A stretch of 64,000 nt of DNA, from contig BTVJ01000015.1 in the NCBI GenBank assembly GCA_045863395.1, positions 32,001 to 96,000 of the forward strand, given 5' to 3'. This DNA comes from Myxococcales bacterium. Its GTDB lineage: Bacteria > Myxococcota_A > UBA9042 > JABWCM01 > BTVJ01. Position numbers and translations under genes: made by a program. The notes below the pieces were generated by a model. It was given only the letters and a program-made list of their open reading frames with translations, ran no database searches and was not told the DNA's origin. Positions 45,138 through 53,739 of the stretch are shown piece by piece. How positions within the stretch are numbered: position 1 is the first letter of the stretch; each line of letters begins with the position of its first letter.

Positions 45138-46808
45138 ATGAGGACCACTCTCCAGCACGCATCGCCGCTGTTGATCGTGCCCGCCGGCGCCGCGCAGGGT
45201 GCTCGCAACCGCCGGGCCCGGCCGGCCCGTCCGCTGGCCCCGGGCGCCGTCGTGCTCGGGGTGGCGATCCTCGTCGAGGTCGCCGCAGGTGTGCTCCACG
45301 GCCTCGGGGCGCTCCCCGCGGTGCTGCTCCACGTGGCGCTGCTGGTCGTGGTTGCGGTCGTCGCGGCGAGGGGCCGCGAGCGCATCGCCGGGTGGCTGGG
45401 CGCCCGCGCCGTCACCCCCGTCGAGAACGATCCGGGCGCCCTCGTGGCGCTGGCGGCCTCGATGAGCAGCGCGGACGGCGGAGCGCTCCTGGTCCCCACC
45501 GAGTCCGGGGACGCGGTGCTCGTCGCCGGCGTCTTTGGAGATCCCGCGGTGGACCGACGCCCCGTGTCGGCCCGAAAGGGCGCCGTCGGCGCCTGCCTGG
45601 CCATCGGCCGCCCCCTGCGCATCGCCCAGGTGCCCGAGCGCGGGGACGCCCTGCCCTACCGCCGCGCAGGCCACGGGGTGCGCTCGTTGCTGTGCCTCCC
45701 GGTGATGACCCCGCGCGGGGTCGGCGTGCTGTGCCTGGAGCGGCGCGCCGGCGAGCCGTTCTCGGAGCTGGACGCCGCGCGCCTCGACCCGCTGCTCCCC
45801 GTCGCGGAGCAGCTCGTGGGACTCCAGGAGGCCGCCCGGTCTCAACATGACCGAGCCGGTCGGTCGGCCCGCAGCATGGAGGCGCTCCGCAGCATCGCCG
45901 AGGCGCGCACCCCCGAGGCCGCCATGGAGCGCCTGCTGGACGCCGCGGCGACCCTGTCCGGCTGCGAGCACGCGGAGTGGGTGCCCTCGTCCGCGGCCCC
46001 CGCCGGGTCCCTTGCCGCCCTGTGCATCGCCGAGAGGGTCGCGCTCCCGGCGGGCGGAGTCACGCGCGGCAGCTCGGTCCCCCTGCGGGGCCCGGACGAC
46101 CCCTGGACCCGGACCCCCGGCACGCCAGCGCGGGCCATCCCCCTGATCGCCGACGCCGGCCGCGGTGATCCGCCCCCCCTCGGCGCGCTGTGCCTCGCGG
46201 GCGGTCCACCGGGCTGCCTCTCGGACGAGACCATCGCGGTGCTGGAGCCCGTCGCAGAGTCCGCCGCGGCCGCCATGGTGAAGCTGGAGCAGCTCAGGGC
46301 CGCGGAGCACGCAGCGACGACCGACCCCCTGACGGGCCTCCCGAACCGCGCGGCCTTCGCTGCCCACCTGGCCGACCGGGCGGCAGCGTGCCGTGTGCGC
46401 GGCACCAGCATGGCCGTCCTGATGCTGGACGTGGACTACTTCAAGAGGGTCAACGACACGTGGGGCCACCCGGCGGGCGACGCCGTCCTGCGGACCGTGG
46501 CCGCGACCCTCCAGGAGGGGGTCCGCCGCGACGACCTGGCGGCCCGGTGGGGCGGCGAGGAGTTCGCCGTGGTCCTGGCGGGCGTGGACCGGCCCGTGGC
46601 AGAGATGCTGGCCGACCGCCTCCGCGCGGCCATCGCCGCCACCGCCATGCCTGTGGCGACGCCGGACGGCCCCCTCCGGGTGACGGTCTCCGTGGGGGTC
46701 TCGACCTACGGCCCGGCCACCAACACCCCAGACACCCTGGTCGCGAGCGCCGACCGCGCCCTCTACCAGGCGAAGCAGTCCGGACGGGACCGCGTGGTCT
46801 GCGCTTGA
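45138..46808 (+). CDS. Membrane-anchored GAF + GGDEF diguanylate cyclase
   Basis: Two TM helices, GAF-like segments, DPLTGLPN, DVDYFKRVND.WGH..GD, RRDD I-site, GGEEF, ADRALYQAK. Confidence 0.92.
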   Translation: MRTTLQHASPLLIVPAGAAQGARNRRARPARPLAPGAVVLGVAILVEVAAGVLHGLGALPAVLLHVALLVVVAVVAARGRERIAGWLGARAVTPVENDPGALVALAASMSSADGGALLVPTESGDAVLVAGVFGDPAVDRRPVSARKGAVGACLAIGRPLRIAQVPERGDALPYRRAGHGVRSLLCLPVMTPRGVGVLCLERRAGEPFSELDAARLDPLLPVAEQLVGLQEAARSQHDRAGRSARSMEALRSIAEARTPEAAMERLLDAAATLSGCEHAEWVPSSAAPAGSLAALCIAERVALPAGGVTRGSSVPLRGPDDPWTRTPGTPARAIPLIADAGRGDPPPLGALCLAGGPPGCLSDETIAVLEPVAESAAAAMVKLEQLRAAEHAATTDPLTGLPNRAAFAAHLADRAAACRVRGTSMAVLMLDVDYFKRVNDTWGHPAGDAVLRTVAATLQEGVRRDDLAARWGGEEFAVVLAGVDRPVAEMLADRLRAAIAATAMPVATPDGPLRVTVSVGVSTYGPATNTPDTLVASADRALYQAKQSGRDRVVCA

Positions 46809-46821
46809 GGCGTCAGCCCAG

Positions 46822-46850
46822 TTGCCAACCGGAGGCGCGCGCGCTAGAGT
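46822..46850 (+). promoter_or_regulatory. Sigma70-type promoter
   Basis: TTGCCA-N17-TAGAGT upstream of ATG 46918. Confidence 0.5.
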
Positions 46851-46917
46851 GCGGCCCCCTGGCGCCCCAGCGTGCGCTCCCCAGGCGTTGGCCAACGAAC
46901 AGACGAGGAAGCGGGAG

Positions 46918-47529
46918 ATGACGGAAGAGAAGAACGACGCAACAGAGGCACCGGCTGCCCCGCCGACCGGGGTCCATGTCCACGGCCCGGAGTGCGATCA
47001 CGACCACGCGGACTACGACGAGCGCGAGCCCATCGAGGCCCTCCTGAAGGTCGGAGCCCTCTTCGAGAAGGTCGTCCACGACGTGCAGCCCCGCCGCGTG
47101 ATCGCAGAGATCCAGCGTGGCGACCGGGCCGCGTTCTTCAGGCATTTCAAGGGCCAGCGGATGGAGAAGTTCAGCCGCCGCAAGATGACCGAGATCCTCT
47201 CGAAGGAGGTCTTCGGCCGCGAGAACATCTTCATGGCCCAGCTCCTGATGATCCTGTGGAACGAGCAGCACCGCGAGCTGTACATCGCGATGCGCGACCA
47301 CGTCCAGACCATCAACGAGGACGTAGAGGCCATCGAGCGTATCGAGGACGACAAGGCCCGGGAGTTCATCGCCGATCTGCGGGGCAAGGGCCACACGCGG
47401 GATGATATCTACATCTGCGTGCGTCTGAACGACGTGCGGTTCAGTGAGGAGGTCATCCAGGCGGAGCTCGTCGCCGGAGACGCAGACGCGGTCGACGCGC
47501 CGCCCGAGCCGGCGGCCGCTGGGGCCTGA
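46918..47529 (+). CDS. Hypothetical cytoplasmic protein with His-rich N-terminal motif
   Basis: Strong GC3 bias, purine-rich RBS, HVHGPECDHDH motif. Confidence 0.75.
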   Translation: MTEEKNDATEAPAAPPTGVHVHGPECDHDHADYDEREPIEALLKVGALFEKVVHDVQPRRVIAEIQRGDRAAFFRHFKGQRMEKFSRRKMTEILSKEVFGRENIFMAQLLMILWNEQHRELYIAMRDHVQTINEDVEAIERIEDDKAREFIADLRGKGHTRDDIYICVRLNDVRFSEEVIQAELVAGDADAVDAPPEPAAAGA

Positions 47530-47575
47530 ATTCCTCGCGGGGTCGCTCGTCGCTGGCCGCCGGAGGTGCAACCAC

Positions 47576-48514
47576 ATGACTGCGACCAAGCTCCTGGGAC
47601 CCGCGCGACTCGGACGCGCCTTCGCGACCATGGCAGCCCTGCTCCTGGCCGCTTCCACATCCGCCGAGGAGGCTCCTGCGGCACCGACCACCTCGGGCGC
47701 CTTGCCTGAGGCCGCGGGCGAGCCATCGCCCCCAACCCCGCCGACTCCAATCGAAGAGGTGGCCCCCACGGCGGCCCCCGTTCCACCGGGCTCGGACCTC
47801 CTGGCCGAGTACCCCTTCCGGTCCGGCGAGCGCCTCACCTACGACATCACCGTGCTGGGTGCGGTGGCCGGCCGCGGGACCCTGTCCGTGGGCAAGCCCC
47901 GCACCTGGAACGGCGTGGAGGTCCTGCCGGTCCACGGCATGATGGCGAGCCACGGCTTCTGGGACAACGTCTACCGCGTGCGCAACCGCATGCTCTCCCT
48001 GATGCCCCGGCAGGGCGCCTACCCCCTCCACACCGAGATGTCGCTCGACCAGAACGGCGCCAGCCGCGACATGAGCCTCGACTTCGACCCGGCCACCGGG
48101 CAGCTCCGTGGCGAGCGCAGCGAGAACAAGGGGGAGACGAAGAAGGTGACCGCCAAGGTCCCCGCCTTCACGCAGGACGCCCTGAGCTGGTTCTACCACC
48201 TCCGCTCGCGCACCCTGACCACCGGGTCCGGGTTCTCCTTCAAGGGGTACAGCGGCAAGTTCGTCTACACGGTCTACTGCCGCATCGGCGAGGTGGAGGA
48301 GGTGTGGACCCGGGTCGGGATGCTGCCCGCCTACCGCATCGAGGCCGACATCCGCCGCGACGGCAACAAGGACTTCAGACGCAACGTCACGTTCTGGATT
48401 GGCAATGACGCCGACCACCTGCCCATCAAGATGTCCTTCGACTTCACGGTCGGCCGGGTCGAGGGCATCCTGACCAGCGCCGTCCTCCCACCGCGCACCA
48501 CCGCCTCCCGCTGA
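47576..48514 (+). CDS. DUF3108 domain exported protein
   Basis: GGAGG RBS, signal peptide, PFRSGERLTY, QDALSWFYHLR, W..D..HLPIK. Confidence 0.8.
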   Translation: MTATKLLGPARLGRAFATMAALLLAASTSAEEAPAAPTTSGALPEAAGEPSPPTPPTPIEEVAPTAAPVPPGSDLLAEYPFRSGERLTYDITVLGAVAGRGTLSVGKPRTWNGVEVLPVHGMMASHGFWDNVYRVRNRMLSLMPRQGAYPLHTEMSLDQNGASRDMSLDFDPATGQLRGERSENKGETKKVTAKVPAFTQDALSWFYHLRSRTLTTGSGFSFKGYSGKFVYTVYCRIGEVEEVWTRVGMLPAYRIEADIRRDGNKDFRRNVTFWIGNDADHLPIKMSFDFTVGRVEGILTSAVLPPRTTASR

Positions 48515-48609
48515 CCGCCGCCCGCCGCCCGACGGCGGGGAATGAGGTGGCGCCACCTGCCGTTCCCGGGTATCATCGCGCCGCTTCTGCGGCTCCCCGG
48601 GAGGTCCCA

Positions 48610-51183
48610 TTGTCCTTGTCAGCCCGCGCCCTCTACCCGCTCGCCGTGGTCCTGGCGGCGCTCTCCGCCTGCGCCCCGGCCGCAAGGAGGCCGGTGGTGG
48701 TCGACCCGGCGTCCATCGAGGTCGCCAATCGCACGACCCAAGACTACGCCATCTACCTGGACGGCCAGCACGTGGCCGACCTGCCCTCGGGTGAGCACAC
48801 GCTGGTGGACGGGCTGGTCAGCGGCTCCCACCGCCTCGTGGCCACGCCGTCCCACGGTCGGACCGGCGAGCAGCAGACCACGCTGGAGCTCGCCGTGGGC
48901 GGTTCTGCACTGTGGGATCTGATCCCCGAGCCCCCCGAGGCCCCGCTGGACGTCCCGCGCGGCTTCGGGACGGTGCGCCTCATCAACGACGTCGGCGCAG
49001 ACCTGAGCGTACTCCTCGACGGCAAGCCGGCAGCGAGGCTCCTCTCAGGGAACGTCCGTCAGCTCCATGCGGTCAGCGCAGGGCCCCACGAGATCGAGGC
49101 GCGACGCGGGTTCGGTCACGCGCCCATCGTCATGCAGATAGAGCTTCGCCCGGGCGAGGAGCTGGACCTCCCCATCGACGGCCCGCGCGGGAGCCTGGAG
49201 GTCCAGAACGGGTCCGGCGAGCCCGTAGAGGTCACGGTTGACGACACCCTGATCGGGACGGTGGAGGCCGGTGGAGTCCGCACCTTCGAGCGCATCCTCG
49301 CCGGCGTTCGCACCGTGGCGGCCGTCGGCGAGCAGACCCGCCGGCGACACCAGCGCGAGCAGCGGGTGTTGGAGGGCGAGCGGGCTGTGTGGCACGTCCA
49401 GGCAGCCGCGGGTGCCGTCCAGGTGGTCAACGACACGCCAGAGACGGTGCGCGTCGAGCTCGATGACCTCGAGATCGGCCGCGTGCCGCCCGGCGAGTCC
49501 CGCCTGGTCGCGGACGTGACCCTCGGCGACCACGAGCTTCGCGCCACCACGATGACGACGGGCGTGGAGCTGCGCATGCCCGTGGAGATCCGCACGGATC
49601 AGACCTTCGTATGGCCGCTCAGTGTCGACGAGGGTGTGCTCATCCTGGAGAACGCGACCGACGAGGCCGTGCAGATCTACCGTGACGACGAGCCCTACCT
49701 GCGCCTGGAGCCAACCCAGAGCCGCACCCTGTCTCAGATCCCGGCGGGGACCTATGCCCTGTCCGCGTTCGGGGAGCGCAGCCACCGCATCGTGCCTCGC
49801 AAGGTGGAGGTGCAGGCGGCGCGCTCCGTGCGGTGGACCATCCGGCCCGAGTGGGCGGCGCTGGAGGTCCACAATGCGCGGGCCGAGCGCGTGCGCTTGC
49901 ACCTGGACGCCAAGGTGGTGGGCGAGCTTGCCCCCGGGGAGCGGCGAGTCCTGGAGGGGCTCGTGGCCGGGGAGCAGCTCGTCGAGGTCCTCGGCCTGAC
50001 GTCGGGCCGGGTCACCCGCGACCGCGCCGTCCTGGTGGCCCATGAGACGGTCCGGGTGGACATCGGCGACCCCATGGCAGCCGTGATCATCGTGAACCGC
50101 TCCGGCGAGCCGCTGAGGGTCGACCCTGCCCTGGCCCCCCAAGGCGCGGTGGTCCCGGAAGGCGCGTCGTGGCCCTACGCCGTGTCCACGGCACGCAAGC
50201 GCCTCACGGTCACCGGCGAGGAGACCGGGCACCAACATGAGCTGCCCATCTCGCTCGTCCATGACGAGACCCGCACGTGGGAGGTGGAGGAGCCCGTAGG
50301 CCACGTGGAGGTGTTCAACCACCGGGACGAGGCCGTGCACCTGTGGTTCGACGGGGCGCGGGCGGGCACGGTCCCTGCCGGTGGGTCCCTCCTCCTCGCG
50401 GACCGGCCCGTGGGACGCCACGAGCTGTTGGCGACGGGGGCCGAGTCGGGGCAAGGCGTCCGCGCGGTGCGGCGAATCGAAGCCGGCAAGGCCAACAACT
50501 GGCAGGTCGGCCACGAGGTGGCGGTGCTGCAGGTCGTGAACGACACGGGGGAGGATCAGGAGGTGTTCATCGGCGAGCGCCCCTACGGCCGGGTGCTCGC
50601 AGGGGAGACCCACGCCTTTGGCGGCATCCCGGCTGGGGCTCGGATGCTGAAGCTGGAGGGCCAGAGGTCCCAGGAGATCCAGCAGGCCATGCTCCAGTTC
50701 GAGGAGGGACGGACCGAGCGGTTCCGGGTCCGCCCGCTCAACGCAGGCCTGCGCGTGCTCAACGAGCGCCCGGTCGCCGTCAGCGTGTTCCTGGATGGCG
50801 AGCGGGTGGGCGAGGCGCCCGCCAAGGGGCTCTACGAGGGCTTCCTCACGCAGGGGCCCCACACGGTGGAGACCCGGGACTTGGACACGCTGGAGTCGAC
50901 CTTGACCCACCTGACGGCCAGCCCGTACCAGACCTACGACGTGCGGGTGGCCCCTCGCCACGGGACGCTGCGGATCACGAACACGACGCCGGCGAGCCTG
51001 GAGATCCGCCGGGGCGAGCGGCTGGTGGGCACGCTGGAGGCGGGAGCCTCACGCACCTTCCGCAACCTCCCCGCGGAGCGCCAGGTCCTCAAGGCCAGCG
51101 ATGGCGACCGCTCCTGGACCCTCGATGTGCTGATCGACGACGAGGCGGAAGGCGAGTGGGTCATCCGGCCTGCGGGTCACTGA
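48610..51183 (+). CDS. Lipoprotein with 11 tandem PEGA-like beta-sandwich repeats
   Basis: GGAGG RBS, TTG start, lipobox LSAC, 11 units of about 74 aa of the form L.V.N....V.V..DG...G....G..........G.H.L.A. Confidence 0.8.
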   Translation: MSLSARALYPLAVVLAALSACAPAARRPVVVDPASIEVANRTTQDYAIYLDGQHVADLPSGEHTLVDGLVSGSHRLVATPSHGRTGEQQTTLELAVGGSALWDLIPEPPEAPLDVPRGFGTVRLINDVGADLSVLLDGKPAARLLSGNVRQLHAVSAGPHEIEARRGFGHAPIVMQIELRPGEELDLPIDGPRGSLEVQNGSGEPVEVTVDDTLIGTVEAGGVRTFERILAGVRTVAAVGEQTRRRHQREQRVLEGERAVWHVQAAAGAVQVVNDTPETVRVELDDLEIGRVPPGESRLVADVTLGDHELRATTMTTGVELRMPVEIRTDQTFVWPLSVDEGVLILENATDEAVQIYRDDEPYLRLEPTQSRTLSQIPAGTYALSAFGERSHRIVPRKVEVQAARSVRWTIRPEWAALEVHNARAERVRLHLDAKVVGELAPGERRVLEGLVAGEQLVEVLGLTSGRVTRDRAVLVAHETVRVDIGDPMAAVIIVNRSGEPLRVDPALAPQGAVVPEGASWPYAVSTARKRLTVTGEETGHQHELPISLVHDETRTWEVEEPVGHVEVFNHRDEAVHLWFDGARAGTVPAGGSLLLADRPVGRHELLATGAESGQGVRAVRRIEAGKANNWQVGHEVAVLQVVNDTGEDQEVFIGERPYGRVLAGETHAFGGIPAGARMLKLEGQRSQEIQQAMLQFEEGRTERFRVRPLNAGLRVLNERPVAVSVFLDGERVGEAPAKGLYEGFLTQGPHTVETRDLDTLESTLTHLTASPYQTYDVRVAPRHGTLRITNTTPASLEIRRGERLVGTLEAGASRTFRNLPAERQVLKASDGDRSWTLDVLIDDEAEGEWVIRPAGH

Positions 51184-51709
51184 CGGGACCACGGCCCGCG
51201 ACCAGGCGCTTCTCGCCCTCCCGGAACAGGATGACGACCCGGTCCTCCCCCTCTGTGCGCAGCACCCTCCCCAGACCGAACTTGTCATGACGGATCAGCT
51301 CGCCCTCCTCGAAGGCGTCTCGCATGGAGTAGGCGCGCGCGTAACGCGCGTCGACGTCATCGGCGCTGCCCACGAGGCGCTGCCACTCGTCGAACCGCTC
51401 CTTGGGGGCCGCCGCCGGCGCAGCCGGGCGCTTGGGAGCCGGCGCGCGGGGCGGAGGCTTCTGCTCCGCGGCGACCACGATGGTCCCGTCGGATGCACGC
51501 TTGCGGACGGTCAGGCCGCCCTGCTTCGGCTCGGACTTGGGGGCTTTGAAGCGATGTACGGCACCGCACGTGTTGCACCGCGCCTGGGCGACCCTGGTCC
51601 CGACCATCGCGATGATGGTGTGGGCGAGGTCCAGGCGACAGCGGGAGCAGTGGGCGTCTATGTCGCGCCCCACCGCGACGGGATCCGGCTCGAACCTCAT
51701 CGTTGGCAT
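51161..51709 (-). CDS. Hypothetical protein: Zn-ribbon + UvrD/PcrA C-terminal Tudor-like domain
   Basis: CSRC..CNTC at the N-terminus. C-terminal FEEGELIRHDKFGLGRV..VVILFREGEKRL. AGAGG RBS and upstream TAGAAT. Confidence 0.75.
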   Translation of the reverse strand: MPTMRFEPDPVAVGRDIDAHCSRCRLDLAHTIIAMVGTRVAQARCNTCGAVHRFKAPKSEPKQGGLTVRKRASDGTIVVAAEQKPPPRAPAPKRPAAPAAAPKERFDEWQRLVGSADDVDARYARAYSMRDAFEEGELIRHDKFGLGRVLRTEGEDRVVILFREGEKRLVAGRGPVSDPQAG

Positions 51710-51777
51710 CCTCTAGCTGAAGGCGGCGCGGATTCTAGCGACTGGCGCCGGCGAAAGCCAGCGCGGAGCGGGGCCGC

Positions 51778-51807
51778 TTGACCCTCCCGCGACGGCGCCC
51801 GTATCCT
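51778..51807 (+). promoter_or_regulatory. Sigma70-type promoter, probably leaderless
   Basis: TTGACC-N18-TATCCT. ATG 51814 begins 7 nt after the -10 element and has no SD. Confidence 0.5.
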
Positions 51808-51813
51808 GTCCCC

Positions 51814-52512
51814 ATGCTCACCCGAGCCACATGGTCGGTGTCCGCCCTGCTCCTCGCGCTTGCGGTGGGATGCGCCGTGGACGACGCCCGCGATCACGCC
51901 CTGGGGTCGTCGGCTCCAGGCCGCCCAGGCACGCTGGGTCAGACGCTTGGAGGACCGCCCGACGCGAGCGCCGCCAGCGCCGACGTGGGGCCCCTCTACG
52001 ACCCGAGCGAGCCGGGCGCTCCCCAGGCCGTCGTCCTGGAGGCGCCCTACGCCGGAGGGCACGAGTTCATGGTTGCCAAGGACGAGCCCGCCACCTCCGG
52101 CGCTCACGGCCCCTACTACGTCGCCTTCGACGTCGGGACCACGCAGGAGGTCGTGCGCGCCGCGCTGCCGGGCACAGTCATCGCCGTCAACGACATCTAC
52201 TCCGAGGGAGGGCCTGCACCGGAGCTGCTCGGAGCAACGAACACCGTCGTGGTCGAGCACGAGGGAGGCGTCCGCACGGAGTACCTGCACTTGCGCACCC
52301 TGTCGGCCAAGGTCGTGTCTGGCCAGAAGGTCATCGCTGGCCACGCGCTCGCCGTCGCCGGCGGCACGGGCTATGTCGGTGGGCAGCGCATCGGCCTCCG
52401 CGCTACGCGGGGCGGCATGCCAGCGCCCATCTGCTTCAACACGGGACACCCGACCTGCGACTTCGCCCAGCCGGGGGACGTGATCGAATCGGCCAACTAC
52501 TACATGCCATGA
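51814..52512 (+). CDS. M23 peptidase-like lipoprotein, probably catalytically degenerate
   Basis: Lipobox AVGC, VRAALPGTV, N.VVVEH.GG.RTEYLHL, GQKV.AG, GGTG. The HxH position reads RIG. Confidence 0.7.
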   Translation: MLTRATWSVSALLLALAVGCAVDDARDHALGSSAPGRPGTLGQTLGGPPDASAASADVGPLYDPSEPGAPQAVVLEAPYAGGHEFMVAKDEPATSGAHGPYYVAFDVGTTQEVVRAALPGTVIAVNDIYSEGGPAPELLGATNTVVVEHEGGVRTEYLHLRTLSAKVVSGQKVIAGHALAVAGGTGYVGGQRIGLRATRGGMPAPICFNTGHPTCDFAQPGDVIESANYYMP

Positions 52513-52582
52513 TCCCCGACGCGGCGGTCCCCGCCTGTGGGGACTCCTCGCCCACCCCATGGACCTACCGGAGCTACCGATC

Positions 52583-53383
52583 ATGAGACCACACCGCACC
52601 CTGCTCGCGCTGGTCATGGCGCTTGGGATCTGCGCCTGCGACAAGAAGGACGACGGCAATGAGACCGTCGCAAACCTCCCCAAGGGCCCGCCACCCGCCG
52701 CAGCGCCGGTCCCGCTGGAGGCGCCGCCAGCCGAGCCCGACACCCCCGAGGAGGTCCAGGGGCGCGGGGAGCCCGAGCCAACGCCAGCGCGCGAGGAGCT
52801 GAGGCTGCTGGCGACGAAGGGCGCGCCCGAGGTGCGGTCCATCCGGGCGGAGCGCACGGAGATGTACAGCTTGTTCTCTGTCGCAGAGAAGGATGACAAG
52901 GCGGACGTCAACGCCCTGGTGAGCGCGGTCCAGGGCTTTCTCTGGGACGAGGAGCGCGAGGCGCTGGCCGCGGCGCCGTCGAAGCTCGCAGCTCACATCG
53001 AGTCCACGACCGCCTTCGCCGCTCGCTTCAAGAAGGCAGGCGAGGAGCTGATGGCCGAGGTGACCGCGATGAACAAGGAGAACGAGGAGCGGGCGACGAA
53101 GAAGAAGTCACCCAAGCACACGCCGGTCAAGATCGACAAGGTGCAGCGCCGCGCCTCCACCCTCATGAAGCTGGGCCGCACCGGCGGGCTGCTGGCGCGG
53201 AGCCTGCTCGATGAGGCCCGCATCTACGCCCAGCTCGGCTCTCTGGCCATGCGGGCGGAGCTCCGCCAGCACCTCTCGCCGCTGAAGGGCCGGGACCTGG
53301 GCTACGAGCAGACCAACCTCGCGGCACAGCGGGTGCTCTGGGAGCTCAACGTGGAGGGCGCGGAGGAGCCCGCGGCCGACTGA
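52583..53383 (+). CDS. Hypothetical lipoprotein
   Basis: GGAG RBS, lipobox ICAC, Pro-rich linker, helical body. Confidence 0.7.
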   Translation: MRPHRTLLALVMALGICACDKKDDGNETVANLPKGPPPAAAPVPLEAPPAEPDTPEEVQGRGEPEPTPAREELRLLATKGAPEVRSIRAERTEMYSLFSVAEKDDKADVNALVSAVQGFLWDEEREALAAAPSKLAAHIESTTAFAARFKKAGEELMAEVTAMNKENEERATKKKSPKHTPVKIDKVQRRASTLMKLGRTGGLLARSLLDEARIYAQLGSLAMRAELRQHLSPLKGRDLGYEQTNLAAQRVLWELNVEGAEEPAAD

Positions 53384-53599
53384 CCCGAACGTCCCAAGAG
53401 CGTCACATCCTACGTTCCCGACTTCCATCCGGCAGAGCCCCACTGCAGGAGCCAGGTCGCAGTGGTTTCGGCGGACGCAGCTCCCTGCAGTCCAGGGGTA
53501 ACACGAGATCCGCACAGTTGTTCTTGCGCGACGGGGAACTTCGAGCTACACCCAGACCGCCGGACAGCGAAACAGTGAGGGCGGCGCGGGACGTTCGGG
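53384..53599 (-). ncRNA. Candidate structured ncRNA or hairpin element of unknown class
   Basis: Perfect 12-bp terminal IR (CCCGAACGTCCC / GGGACGTTCGGG) extended by an irregular rod, plus three internal hairpins. G-U pairs favour the minus strand. Confidence 0.4.
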
Positions 53600-53739
53600 A
53601 ACCAGAACGCCGGACCAGCGGAGCGTCGCGTTGGCAGCCGAGTCTGCGGCGTCGAGGGCTCGCTGTCGTAGCGACCCATGGCAGCGCACGTGCGGGACTG
53701 GCGCGGTCGCGGTGGGGAAACGAAACGCGAGTGGGACAC

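Noticed and set aside
53445..53485. CCAGGTCG...CGGACGCAGC resembling SRP RNA helix 8
   Set aside because: No GNRA tetraloop (10-nt loop instead) and the AGCAG motif is interrupted. Not called as ffs without a covariance-model search.
53384..53599. Retron msr-msd or tRNA interpretation of the structured element
   Set aside because: No reverse transcriptase in the window. GGGTGTAGCTC on the minus strand is not followed by a cloverleaf or a T-loop in the right place.
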